From positions 108,966 to 172,965 of the forward strand of contig JAHLTZ010000043.1 in NCBI GenBank assembly GCA_025786725.1: a stretch of 64,000 bases of DNA, written 5' to 3'. Below the pieces are notes generated by a model. The model made no database searches. It saw only the letters and a program-made list of their open reading frames with translations, and was not told the origin of the DNA. Below are positions 1 to 10,851 of this stretch, piece after piece. Both the position numbers and the translations under genes were made by a program. Each line of letters opens with the position of its first letter. Positions within the stretch are counted from its first letter, which is position 1. The DNA is from Syncephalis fuscata S228. Its lineage: Eukaryota; Fungi; Zoopagomycota.

Positions 1-32
1 ATATTACTAAAATACAGTCTCATATTTGAGTT

Positions 33-972
33 ATATTTTTGTGTAATAAAAGTTTTGACCTTTGCGTCAGATTCATGAATAACGCTGTATATGTAGTGGA
101 AACAATCAATTACGACTTGGGACTCATCGTTGTGTTTTACACCTAATGAACCACTAGAATCATAATAGCTACGCACACTTATATAAACTTACACTGATAT
201 TAAGCTCATAATGTCATCCTAATTGTTTTGCAAGTAAAACACCTGATTTATAGACTGATTAACATTATTTATAATTGTATTTAAACTCCATACCGCGTCT
301 TAATTGATTAAGCATATTTTCAAAATCGTGAGGAGTTTCTATAGCTACTGGTATTGCACTCGTATACTCAGTCATATAACAAATATGCTCTTGGCTTGCA
401 AAATATTTATCGATAAAGGCAGAATTAATAATACGAAAGATCGGCTTGTTTTGGTAATTTTGATACTTCGCATAAGCATCATGGCATAATATCGTGTTAC
501 TAATAATGTTATACTGTCAGTTATGTAGAATACCTAAAAAAAATAAAAAGTTCCTATTAAAGTGACCCAAACTTGATTGATCTTTTGTGCTATATTGATC
601 TTTGTGCGAACATAAAGGTTCAACAAATATGCCATATCCTTTACTTGGATCAAAAAAATCTCCAGAAGCGCGAAATATCTTATTAGAGTAGGTATTAATC
701 AAACTAATAATTTTTAAATGCTGATTATTGAATGATCCATTCATGTGCATAGAACTTCCATAAAATTTCCCTGTTTCTATTAATTATAATATGAGCAACT
801 TCAATCTTAATCAAAACTAATGTAACGTACTTGGATTAAAGCCAATCGGTTTATTTGCATTCATATTCGCATTCGTGAATGTTGCTTGTACATTTGAAAC
901 ATTTTGGATGTTCGATACGAGTAACAATGCAGTAACGAAAGTGGCAGCTGTAAATGCGTTGTGAAAAATCAT
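33..972 (-). pseudogene. Secreted, degenerate kinase-like orphan gene with two in-frame TGA codons (probable pseudogene)
   Basis: ATG at 972 gives a signal-peptide-like start (MIFHNAFTAATFVTALLLVS). GT-AG introns at ~777-830 and 243-293. The frame runs through TGA 517-519 into ...FASQEHICYMTEY...NQLRRG/VLLAKQLG*HYELNI (second TGA 214-216), loosely like a kinase hinge/alphaE. The 3' end is uncertain. Confidence 0.45.
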
Positions 973-1989
973 TGCAATATTTTATAACTTGTCTAAAAAC
1001 AAAAACTTGGTTTGAAAAAATGTTTGTAAAAGAGCGTTGAAATAATATAGGTCAAATGACAACGTTATCCGAAAGGGAAAAATAGAGAATAAAGAATAGT
1101 TACTAAAGTTTGCATGTTGTTTTTATAGCAAACGTGGCCGTTATAATCGTTAGAGAATTATATTAATGTAATAAACATGGCAACTATATGATTATATTTA
1201 GCATGAGATTCGGATATAATTAGAGTTTCAGGCAATACAATAAGCCAATTGGCTTGAAATGGTATACTGGCATCACGAAAATTTTGAATTCTGAATTTAA
1301 AATACGGAGTTGTTTCATAGTTATGTGGCTATTGCTATATCTATAATGTAAATCTTATAGCCACTTGAATATATAGATAATTATAAGTATAATAAAAATA
1401 GTATTGTAAATAATATTTATATGCTTTATTGCTATTTTATCCATCAAATAACTTATATCATTGTCAAAGTTTGATAACCGCTCTATATAACAACAGTTTT
1501 CTTAGCAACTATAACTTATAATAAACTTATAGACAATTATTTATCTGTGTGTGTTTAAATGTATTGTTTGGTTGAGCAATATGCTTTTTAAGCTAATTAA
1601 AATTTTATTAATTTTGTAATATGCCAACTATAACAATATTGGTTAAAAACAATTAATAAGTTGTGTAAAGCATAAAAATAATTAATACGTGGTAGTAACA
1701 AATTACATGTGCAGCATATTGCCGGCATGTCCACCAAGATGTTTATATTCTCATTGTATTACAAATTTAAGTTTATATCTTATAAATGTAATACCTGTTA
1801 TAAAAGCCGTGCTTGTTTAAGTATTTTTGTAAAGAGCTATAGTCACACGCCATTAATCCTACGCCCAATAACTTACTAATTATGCAATTCATCTACGATA
1901 TTCTACTTACGCTTAATACTATCATATAATTATTTTTATTTTAGTTTATCTAATCTACGTATCACGACTCTTCGCTTTCTACCGTCAAC

Positions 1990-3954
1990 ATGCATATCAA
2001 CCTACTTATTGCCTCGTTGATCCTGGCATCTGTTGGTGCCGTTTCATGTGACAACCAACGAGTTGAGGTTGACTCTATTATTCCCAAGATTAATGTCGCT
2101 TCTGCAGTTCGCGATTTGTCGCCTGATCTAAGCACATACAAGCCACCAGCGTCATTCGCACCTCAAAGTGCACAAGAAGCTGCACTTGAATTTATTCGTT
2201 CCCAGCTCCACATCAAGAATGGCGAATTTATTTTGACCAACTCGCACAAGTCCGAGACCAGCGGTACCACTCATGTCTATCTTCAGCAAACCATCAAAGA
2301 CATTAACGTTTCGAATGGTGTTGTGGGTATTCACGTCGACAAAGCAAACAAGATCATTGCCTATGACGACAGTTTCTTCAAGACCAACAAAGCTAATCAG
2401 TTTGTAGCTAAACCACTCAAAACATGGGATGGCCAGACTACCGGATTTGTTTCTCCCATTGATGCATTGAGTAAACTTGCCACACACATCAAACAGCAAT
2501 TCGATGCCAGCAAGGTCCAAACTGTACCACAAGCTAAATCTGCAGGTAGTGGCCAGTCATATCTGCTCGAGAATGTTGACTTTGCCACGTCTCCAGTAAA
2601 AGTGTCACAATCATACATCCAAACAAGTGCCAATGAAGTGGAACCCGCTTGGGAGTTTATGATCAAGATGCCGCTTAACAATTTCTTAGTCCATGTATCG
2701 GCAGATGGCACCAAAATACTTGCATTGAAGGATTTAATGTCTTTTGCCAGTTACAATGTTGTTAAAATTGACAACAACAATCCTATCGACACGCCACGCC
2801 AAATTGTCACGGATCCAGCCGACAAGATTGCATCACCAAATGGCTGGCACACACAGGGAAGCAAAAGATTTACCACTACAGTTGGTAACAATGTATTTGC
2901 TCAGGCCAACTATAATATTAAAAACGCAAAAGGTGATCGCATTGATGATAATGAAGATAGCTGGAAAAACAGTACTCGTCCAGATGGTGGAAAAAATCTA
3001 AAGTTTGATTTTCCGTACGATCCTAAAAAAGCGCCAAAAGACAATGCCAACGCAGCTGTTACCAACCTGTTCTACGTTGCTAACAGTATACATGATATTT
3101 TCTACAAGTATGGTTTCAATGAAGCTGCTGGCAACTTCCAAGAAGACAACGGCAACAAAGGTGGCAAGGGCGGTGACGCTGTAGCTGCTCAAGCGTTGCA
3201 AGGCTACGATTCTCCAGGCTTCCGTGGCAATGCATTTTTTACAGAATCGGTTGATGGTGAACGACCAACAATGGCAATGTTTGGCTTTGACGAGATAAAA
3301 CCAGGCCGCGACGGGGATTTCGAAAATGATATTATTTCGCATGAATATGGCCATGGCATATCTGGTCGACTAACCGGTGGCAGTGGGAAATCCGACTGTT
3401 TGTCAGATACCGAAGCCAGAGGCATGAGCGAAGGTTGGAGTGACTTCTTTGCTTATTGGCTTGAGATGAAAGCATTTGATAAATCTACTAAAAATGTTGA
3501 AATGGGAAAATACGTCGCTGGCCAAAATATTCGTAGTCATCCATATTCAACTAACATGGCTACAAATCCACGGTCATTTTATGATTTAAGCAAAGACGAA
3601 TGGAGTCTTGGTGTATATGATTTTGGTGAAGTTTGGGCCACAATGCTATACGAAGTTTACTGGAATCTTGCTAATAAGCTTGGATTTCAAGCAAACATAT
3701 ACTCCCCCGACATTACAAAAGGCAACACTCTTTTACTTCAAATTGTCATTGATGGCCTAAAATTACAACCATGTAATCCAACTTTTGTTCAAGCTCGAAA
3801 TGCCATCATTCAAGCCGAAAAGCAATTAACCGGTGGTAAGCATGCCTGCGAAATCTGGCGTGGATTTGCCAAACGAGGTCTTGGTTATAATGCTAGCACT
3901 AAGAAGGGTATTAGATATCCGGATATTAATTTACCAAAAAACTGTAAGCCATAG
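1990..3954 (+). CDS. Fungalysin (M36) secreted zinc metallopeptidase, copy A, intronless
   Basis: 654-aa ORF with signal peptide, FTP-type propeptide (THVYLQQT), SPNGWH, YGFNEAAGNFQ, HEYGH zinc motif, EGWSD and LQPCNPTF. Confidence 0.95.
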   Translation: MHINLLIASLILASVGAVSCDNQRVEVDSIIPKINVASAVRDLSPDLSTYKPPASFAPQSAQEAALEFIRSQLHIKNGEFILTNSHKSETSGTTHVYLQQTIKDINVSNGVVGIHVDKANKIIAYDDSFFKTNKANQFVAKPLKTWDGQTTGFVSPIDALSKLATHIKQQFDASKVQTVPQAKSAGSGQSYLLENVDFATSPVKVSQSYIQTSANEVEPAWEFMIKMPLNNFLVHVSADGTKILALKDLMSFASYNVVKIDNNNPIDTPRQIVTDPADKIASPNGWHTQGSKRFTTTVGNNVFAQANYNIKNAKGDRIDDNEDSWKNSTRPDGGKNLKFDFPYDPKKAPKDNANAAVTNLFYVANSIHDIFYKYGFNEAAGNFQEDNGNKGGKGGDAVAAQALQGYDSPGFRGNAFFTESVDGERPTMAMFGFDEIKPGRDGDFENDIISHEYGHGISGRLTGGSGKSDCLSDTEARGMSEGWSDFFAYWLEMKAFDKSTKNVEMGKYVAGQNIRSHPYSTNMATNPRSFYDLSKDEWSLGVYDFGEVWATMLYEVYWNLANKLGFQANIYSPDITKGNTLLLQIVIDGLKLQPCNPTFVQARNAIIQAEKQLTGGKHACEIWRGFAKRGLGYNASTKKGIRYPDINLPKNCKP

Positions 3955-5263
3955 GTATATAAGGGCACATTAATAAATAAATATAGCGTTGAACTAAAAA
4001 TAAATCAGTGTTTTAATATTGCTAAAATATAAGCTAGATAGTTATAAATACTGTATTCGAGTGCTTTGAACCTATTACATCACTATCTCGTAAAAAAAAG
4101 CGTTAATTCTTACTAGCGGTCACCAGAGGCGTGCTCAAGTATTCCTACATGGTTTATGCCAACGGATAAACATTTTGAAGGGCTGTATGTCTAGTTTATT
4201 TTTTATCTATAACAAATGGCATTAGTTTTCTACTGTATACGTTATTTAGTTTGTAGTGTACTATTAGATATATTACACTTCTTGTATTGATAGTCAAAGA
4301 TATTTTTTGCAAATATTAATAAACTATTAAAGAGAATATGCGCAGTGTTGAATTATATTAAATCAGCACTAAATATTTGGATACAACTTAAATAATAAAA
4401 TACCTAAAAACAATAGACACTCATACAAAAGTGGTAGAACACACTAATGTTTATTTTATAAGAATGAAGTTTTTATATTAGAGAATGTTTATTAATAACA
4501 TTCATTATAATATCTGTCATAACTTTGACATTGACATTAGTATCATCATCGGACCAAGAGTTTTTATTAGTATTATATTATAATTAGTTATATTTAATAC
4601 AATTGCATCTAAACTGTTCATTTTAATAATAATATTAGTAGTTTATTTAATTAATCTATTATTTATCTCTGCTGATGTTATTTTACTAATAAATCATATT
4701 CTTTTAGTTTTAAAAGTAAAAATGAAATAAAAACTAGCAAATTTATTAGTACAATAGCAGGAGCAGGAATCAATAAAATAATTGATCCAATAAACCACTA
4801 ATCTTACTGTTAAATTAAATGGCGTAAATGTAGTTGTATTAAATATACTCAATTGTAGTTTATTAATATTTGCAAGGAAAGTTTTATTTCTGACTAACTA
4901 CCAAAAAAGTACATTACATCTAATAGTATGGCACAAACTAAATAATGTATGTAGCAGAAAATCAGTGGCATGTGTTACAGTTAACAAATAAATTAAATGG
5001 ACAGTCGGCCATCATGTCTATTTGCTGTCATAAAGCATCCTGAAACGATAATTGAGCGATCTTTAATGATCATCAGTAAAGATTGACGCGATATCTACAA
5101 AGTGATTATTGATATGCTAAATTTAAAATACTCAAATACAGCATTTGCAACTAATTAGCTTAGATCTTTGTTTAATAATATAAAAGCAGATTTTAGGAAT
5201 GTTAAAATGTTGATTTATTTCTAGTTCAACACTCTATTCGTGTATTACTATGCGATTGTATGT

Positions 5264-7228
5264 CTACGGCTTACAAGTGGGTGGTAAGCTGGTGTTTGCT
5301 ACTCTAATACTACCCCTACTATTAGCACCATGACCAAGACCTCGTTTGGCAAATCCACGCCAGATTTCGCAGGCGTGCTTACCACCGGTTAATTGCTTTT
5401 CGGCTTGAATGATGGCATCTCGGGCTTGAACAAAAGTTGGATTACATGGTTGTAATTTTAGGCCATCAATGACAATTTGAAGTAAAAGAGTGTTGCCTTT
5501 TGTAATGTCGGGGGAGTATATGTTTGTTTGAAATCCAAGCTTATTAACAAGATTCCAGTAAACTTCGTATAGCATTGTGGCCCAAACTTCGCCAAAATCA
5601 TACGCATCAAACTTTTGTCCAACTTTAGTTAAATCATTAAATGATTTTGGATTTACAGTCGTGCTAGTTGAGTATGGACGGCTACGAATATTTTGACCAG
5701 CAACGTGTTTGCCCATTTCAACATTTTTAGTAGATTTATCAGATGCTTTCATCTCAAGCCAATAAGCAAAGAAGTCACTCCAACCTTCGCCCATGCCTTT
5801 AGCTTCGGCGTCTGATAAGCAGCCGGACTTTCCACTGCCACCGGTTAGTCGGCCAGATATGCCATGGCCATATTCATGCGAAATAATATCATTTTCGAAA
5901 TCCCCGTCGCGGCCTGGTTTTATCTCGTCAAAGCCAAACATTGCCATTGTTGGTCGTTCACCATCAACCGATTCTGTAAAAAATGCATTGCCACGGAAGC
6001 CTGGAGAATCGTAGCCTTGCAACGCTTGAGCAGCTACAGCGTCACCGCCCTTGCCACCTTTGTTGCCGTTGTCTTCTTGGAAGTTGCCAGCAGCTTCATT
6101 GAAACCATACTTGTAGAAAATATCATGTATACTGTTAGCAACGTAGAACAGGTTGGTAACAGCTGCGTTGGCATTATCTTTTGGTGCTTTTTTAGGATCG
6201 TATGGAAAGTTAAAATTTAGACTACTTCCGCCATCTGGACGGGGGTTGTTTTTCCAATTAGCTTCATTATCATCATAGTGCTCTTTTCTTGCGCTTCTAA
6301 CATTGTAGTTGGCCTGAGCAAATACATTGTTACCAACTGTAGTGGTAAATCTTTTGCTTCCCTGTGTGTGCCAGCCATTTGGTGATGCAATCTTGTCGGC
6401 TGGATCCGTGACAATTTGGCGTGGTGTGTCGATAGGATTGTTGTTGCCAATTTTAACAACATTGTAACTGGCAAAAGACATTAAATCCTTCAATGCAAGT
6501 ATTTTGGTGCCATCTGCCGATACATGGACTAAGAAATTGTTAAGCGGCATCTTGATCATAAACTCCCAAGCGGGTTCCACTTCATTGGCACTTGTTTGGA
6601 TGTATGATTGTGACACTTTTACTGGAGACGTGGCAAAGTCAACATTCTCGAGCAGATATGACTGGCCACTACCTGCAGATTTAGCTTGTGGTACAGTTTG
6701 GACCTTGCTGGCATCGAATTGCTGTTTGATGTGTGTGGCAAGTTTACTCAATGCATCAATGGGAGAAACAAATCCGGTAGTCTGGCCATCCCATGTTTTG
6801 AGTGGTTTAGCTACAAACTGATTAGCTTTGTTGGTCTTGAAGAAACTGTCGTCATAGGCAATGATCTTGTTTGCTTTGTCGACGTGAATACCCACAACAC
6901 CATTCGAAACGTTAATGTCTTTGATGGTTTGCTGAAGATAGACATGAGTGGTACCGCTGGTCTCGGACTTGTGCGAGTTGGTCAAAATAAATTCGCCATT
7001 CTTGATGTGGAGCTGGGAACGAATAAATTCAAGTGCAGCTTCTTGTGCACTTTGAGGTGCGAATGACGCTGGTGGCTTGTATGTGCTTAGATCAGGCGAC
7101 AAATCGCGAACTGCAGAAGCGACGTTAATCTTGGGAATAATAGAGTCAACCTCAACTCGTTGGTTGTCACATGAAACGGCACCAACAGATGCCAGGATCA
7201 ACGAGGCAATAAGTAGGTTGATATGCAT
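5264..7228 (-). CDS. Fungalysin (M36) secreted zinc metallopeptidase, copy B, inverted duplicate of copy A
   Basis: 654-aa ORF with the same motifs. First 260 aa identical to copy A; divergent patches in the catalytic domain. Confidence 0.95.
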   Translation of the reverse strand: MHINLLIASLILASVGAVSCDNQRVEVDSIIPKINVASAVRDLSPDLSTYKPPASFAPQSAQEAALEFIRSQLHIKNGEFILTNSHKSETSGTTHVYLQQTIKDINVSNGVVGIHVDKANKIIAYDDSFFKTNKANQFVAKPLKTWDGQTTGFVSPIDALSKLATHIKQQFDASKVQTVPQAKSAGSGQSYLLENVDFATSPVKVSQSYIQTSANEVEPAWEFMIKMPLNNFLVHVSADGTKILALKDLMSFASYNVVKIGNNNPIDTPRQIVTDPADKIASPNGWHTQGSKRFTTTVGNNVFAQANYNVRSARKEHYDDNEANWKNNPRPDGGSSLNFNFPYDPKKAPKDNANAAVTNLFYVANSIHDIFYKYGFNEAAGNFQEDNGNKGGKGGDAVAAQALQGYDSPGFRGNAFFTESVDGERPTMAMFGFDEIKPGRDGDFENDIISHEYGHGISGRLTGGSGKSGCLSDAEAKGMGEGWSDFFAYWLEMKASDKSTKNVEMGKHVAGQNIRSRPYSTSTTVNPKSFNDLTKVGQKFDAYDFGEVWATMLYEVYWNLVNKLGFQTNIYSPDITKGNTLLLQIVIDGLKLQPCNPTFVQARDAIIQAEKQLTGGKHACEIWRGFAKRGLGHGANSRGSIRVANTSLPPTCKP

Positions 7229-7819
7229 GTTGACGGTAGAAAGCGAAGAGTCGTGATACGTAGATTGATCAACTAAAATAAAGACTGCTTAAAACCAACC
7301 AGTGGATTTCAAAAACAGCGTAATCGTAAGTTGGGTTGTTGTAAGTGGATCACGTAGTTGTTAAGATGTTGAACGTAAAATTTATGGTGTATAGTTATAA
7401 TGCTTTACAAAAATACTTCAACAAGCACGGCTTTTATAATGAACGCCGTATCTGTGCAATGAAATCTGAGCTTGTAAAACAGTAGAACATAGTCACATAC
7501 TACCGATGGGTTGACACTGGATATCCAGTATAACCAATTGTTGGCTTGTAACAAGTACCCCTATACTATACACAATTTACTAGTGTTAGCTAGGTCATAC
7601 CTCAGAATATGTGTATTAAATTAGTAAGGCCTTGAATTAGACGGTTTCACAGCAAGTGCTTTATACGGTACAATAGAATATTTGATATTTTTCATTCCTT
7701 GTTTAGCATCTGAGACATACAAATGAACAAATAAAAATAGAAATTCAGTTATGAATACCATGGTATTTAATTTTTTAAAAACTTGGGCCCAATTGAATGT
7801 TTCGGCATTTCAAAATTCC

Positions 7820-7930
7820 TTATTGTGAGTACTTTGAGATTTTTTATTGCAAGCACTCTATGGTTCTTTATCACAAGCACTTTGAGATTTTTTTTATCGC
7901 AAGCACCCTAAAGTTTTTTATCACAATTGC
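7820..7930. repeat. Imperfect ~25-bp minisatellite (TTATCRCAAGCACT...)
   Basis: Four or so degenerate copies of ttat[tc][ga]caagcac followed by T-rich spacers. Confidence 0.5.
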
Positions 7931-9516
7931 CACCAGTAAATATTCAATTATACTAGTAATATAGGCCTGAAATGAAACTTGACGTAGAAGCCTATAGCAG
8001 ATTTAATGACAAACTGCTTGAAATTTCAAAACACTTTTTAGCAAACGATTGTCTTTAACAATCAGCTACTCCATATTTGAATAAGCGACAAACTACCGGA
8101 CAGTTTTGAATTCAAACCTGGTTTATCTATACCAAGACTTACACAACTAAATTAGTAATGATTTTTGAGTTGTGGGCACAATGACATTATTATTTACAGT
8201 TGCATATTGCATAGTTAAAATGCATATTAAAGTTGATATTTCATGTGCACTAAAAGTACAAATGGCACTTTTTAAAATTGATACATGTATTTTAACTAAA
8301 ACAATTCTGACAATTAAGCTAGCAAATTAGAATAAGAATAAAACAACGGTTTACGTTACTATTTGATGTACCAAGATACATATAAGTATATGTTATAATA
8401 AATTCACAGATGAGTGTCGATCAGTGTATATGTACATAAACCAGTCGATCACTCAGAGTGCTTGTTAAACTAATTAGATTTGCTGAATTGTAACACGAAA
8501 AGTACAACACTACAAAGAATGTTTACAATTTTACTAGCTAACTAATCTAATGGTTGTAGCACTGTGACCATCACTATGGGCTTGACTTGAAGTAGGCCGT
8601 GTTTTACTTAATACTATGCCGATCTGCTTTTCTATTGATATGGGCAATGCAATAATCAAGTATAATTTTTCATTCAAACCCATTTTAATATCTGCTATAA
8701 AATACCACTAGTAATTATACTGATGCTGGATATTCAGTGGTATACTATAACTCAAAGTAGCTTCTTTAGTATTATGTTTCATATTTTTACTAACATAAAG
8801 TAAGATAATTTGATTTTTGTGCTATAATCTTTAAGTTATTATGCATTTCCGTCATGAGCTATCGTACTGCTGCAGCTGCTGTGACATTATATATGCAAGG
8901 ATAGTCTATGATTATTCGAATCACTGCAATATACAGCAGCAACCATTACAGGCATTCTTTATTTACATATGCGTACATTATATCCGATAACCAAGCAGCT
9001 GAATGCCACACACACAAATGATTTATTTTGCTGAATTTACTTGTAATAGTACAAGCTTGTATTTTAGTATCAATTGTTGTTATAATACATTACCGTTAGA
9101 TATTAAATGGTAAGTGCAGCCATATCTAATACATTCAGTTTATTTAATGCATCACACCAATCAGAACATCATTGCAATGCAATAATATATTGAAGCTATA
9201 CTATGTCTAGTTATATTATGTATGCTATGTGTTTTCATATGAATACTACGCGTGTAACTATGAAAATATGTATTATAAATTTATTATTATGTTCATAAAT
9301 TTATAGCAACTATGCTATATTTCTTACAACTTGGACGAATGCAATTGACATTGTTTTGCATAGTTACTGTGAGAAAAGTTAGACAGTTTATTACTATTGC
9401 CTTTTGGAATTGGCAGATTGTGTGCGCGTAGATATACTAAGAATTGCTATGTTTGCACCAGACTGACTATTTCTGAATAAAAATGTGTTAGCCATACCAT
9501 GCATTAAAGCGTTTTC

Positions 9517-9958
9517 CTAATACTTACAATTGTCGCATTCCTTGTGACCATTGTCTCTGTTGAGTCGGCAAGAACCATTCCTGCATTGATCGGAGCTATA
9601 GCATCTTTCGCCTCTGCCAAGATCATATCTATCATTTTTGTTATTATGATAGCACCTTTGGTCCATGTCCCTTTTGTTTCTAAAGCTATCGAAATCATTG
9701 CATATATTTTCCATATGTCGACTCCTTGAACGACTGTTTCCTCTGCATTTTTTTCCCAAGCTATCCCAACCACCGTTATCTTCTACAGTGTGGCATTCAT
9801 CGGGCATATCTATTATAAAACAGACGCTAGGTTAAGTCCTGAACAATAATGCTATTATTATAAACCATCTTACTGTTATTTTTTGCCTCTGCTACCGAAT
9901 ATACACTTGCGAGGGTACCGATAACGATGGTGGCAACGAATAGGTTGTTAAAATGCAT
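9517..9958 (-). CDS. Small secreted cysteine-rich protein (~125 aa), effector-like orphan
   Basis: Exon 1 MHFNNLFVATIVIGTLASVYSVAEAKNN (signal peptide), then a GTAAG...ATAG intron (~9810-9873) joined in frame to ORF 9517-9807, which has 9 Cys. Confidence 0.75.
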
Positions 9959-10851
9959 TTTGTTGTTGCTGGTATTATAGCTTGAAAATAGTGAGTGCCG
10001 GCCCAAATATTATAGTATTGCTGATTAAGGAGCTACTGGAGTAAAGATTAAAATTCAAATGGTAGATAGATGTGCTGCTGACGATGCCTGTGATGTTGAA
10101 TGTCGAGTAAAAATATGCAAACTATTGCGCTGTTTAAATAGCAACGATTTGGCGTTTTCAGTCTGTTAGCTTTGCCGATTTGTTGCAAAAAACAGCAATC
10201 AATTACAAGAATAGCATAGTTACAGGTATTTGCTGTGCCATTTCAAGCTTTGCATATTTACTAATACTGTATAACCTGTTTGCCTTGACACAAGCAACCA
10301 GGCAATTACGAGTTGAATTTCAAAAAAATACTAATTTATTCTAGTGTTGTTAGTTCGTTACTGGTCAAATATGAAACTGGTTCGCAGCTACATTGAAACA
10401 ACCAGTTTAAACCGGCGTGACTGTCAAAACTTGTTGCAATATTTCTATTTTTACTAACAAAAGCTATATTTAGAAATTCTAGAAACCTTTATTGTCAAGT
10501 TCAGTACTCCAAGCCGCCTATGCAATTCAATGAGTAAATACCAAGACATTACTCATTCGCTTTGGTACGAAATAGCTACAGTGCATTGTATGAATTAAAT
10601 TATAGTAAAATAACAAATAAACTAGCAGTTGATATTGATGTCAGTTACATTAATTTATTGTCGATATAGCATCATTTATATCTATTGAATTTAAATCAAA
10701 AATAATAACGCAAAATATAATATTAACATTCTGATATAAAAATACTTATACGTAATGTGCCAAAGTAAATTACAATCAATACACACAATCGCAATTAGAA
10801 ATGTTTTAATTTAAATAATTGACTATTTATTTCATTTTACTCAATAAAATG

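Noticed and set aside
2152-7066. Duplicated antisense ORFs inside the fungalysins
   Set aside because: Shadow frames conserved only because the host genes are near-identical.
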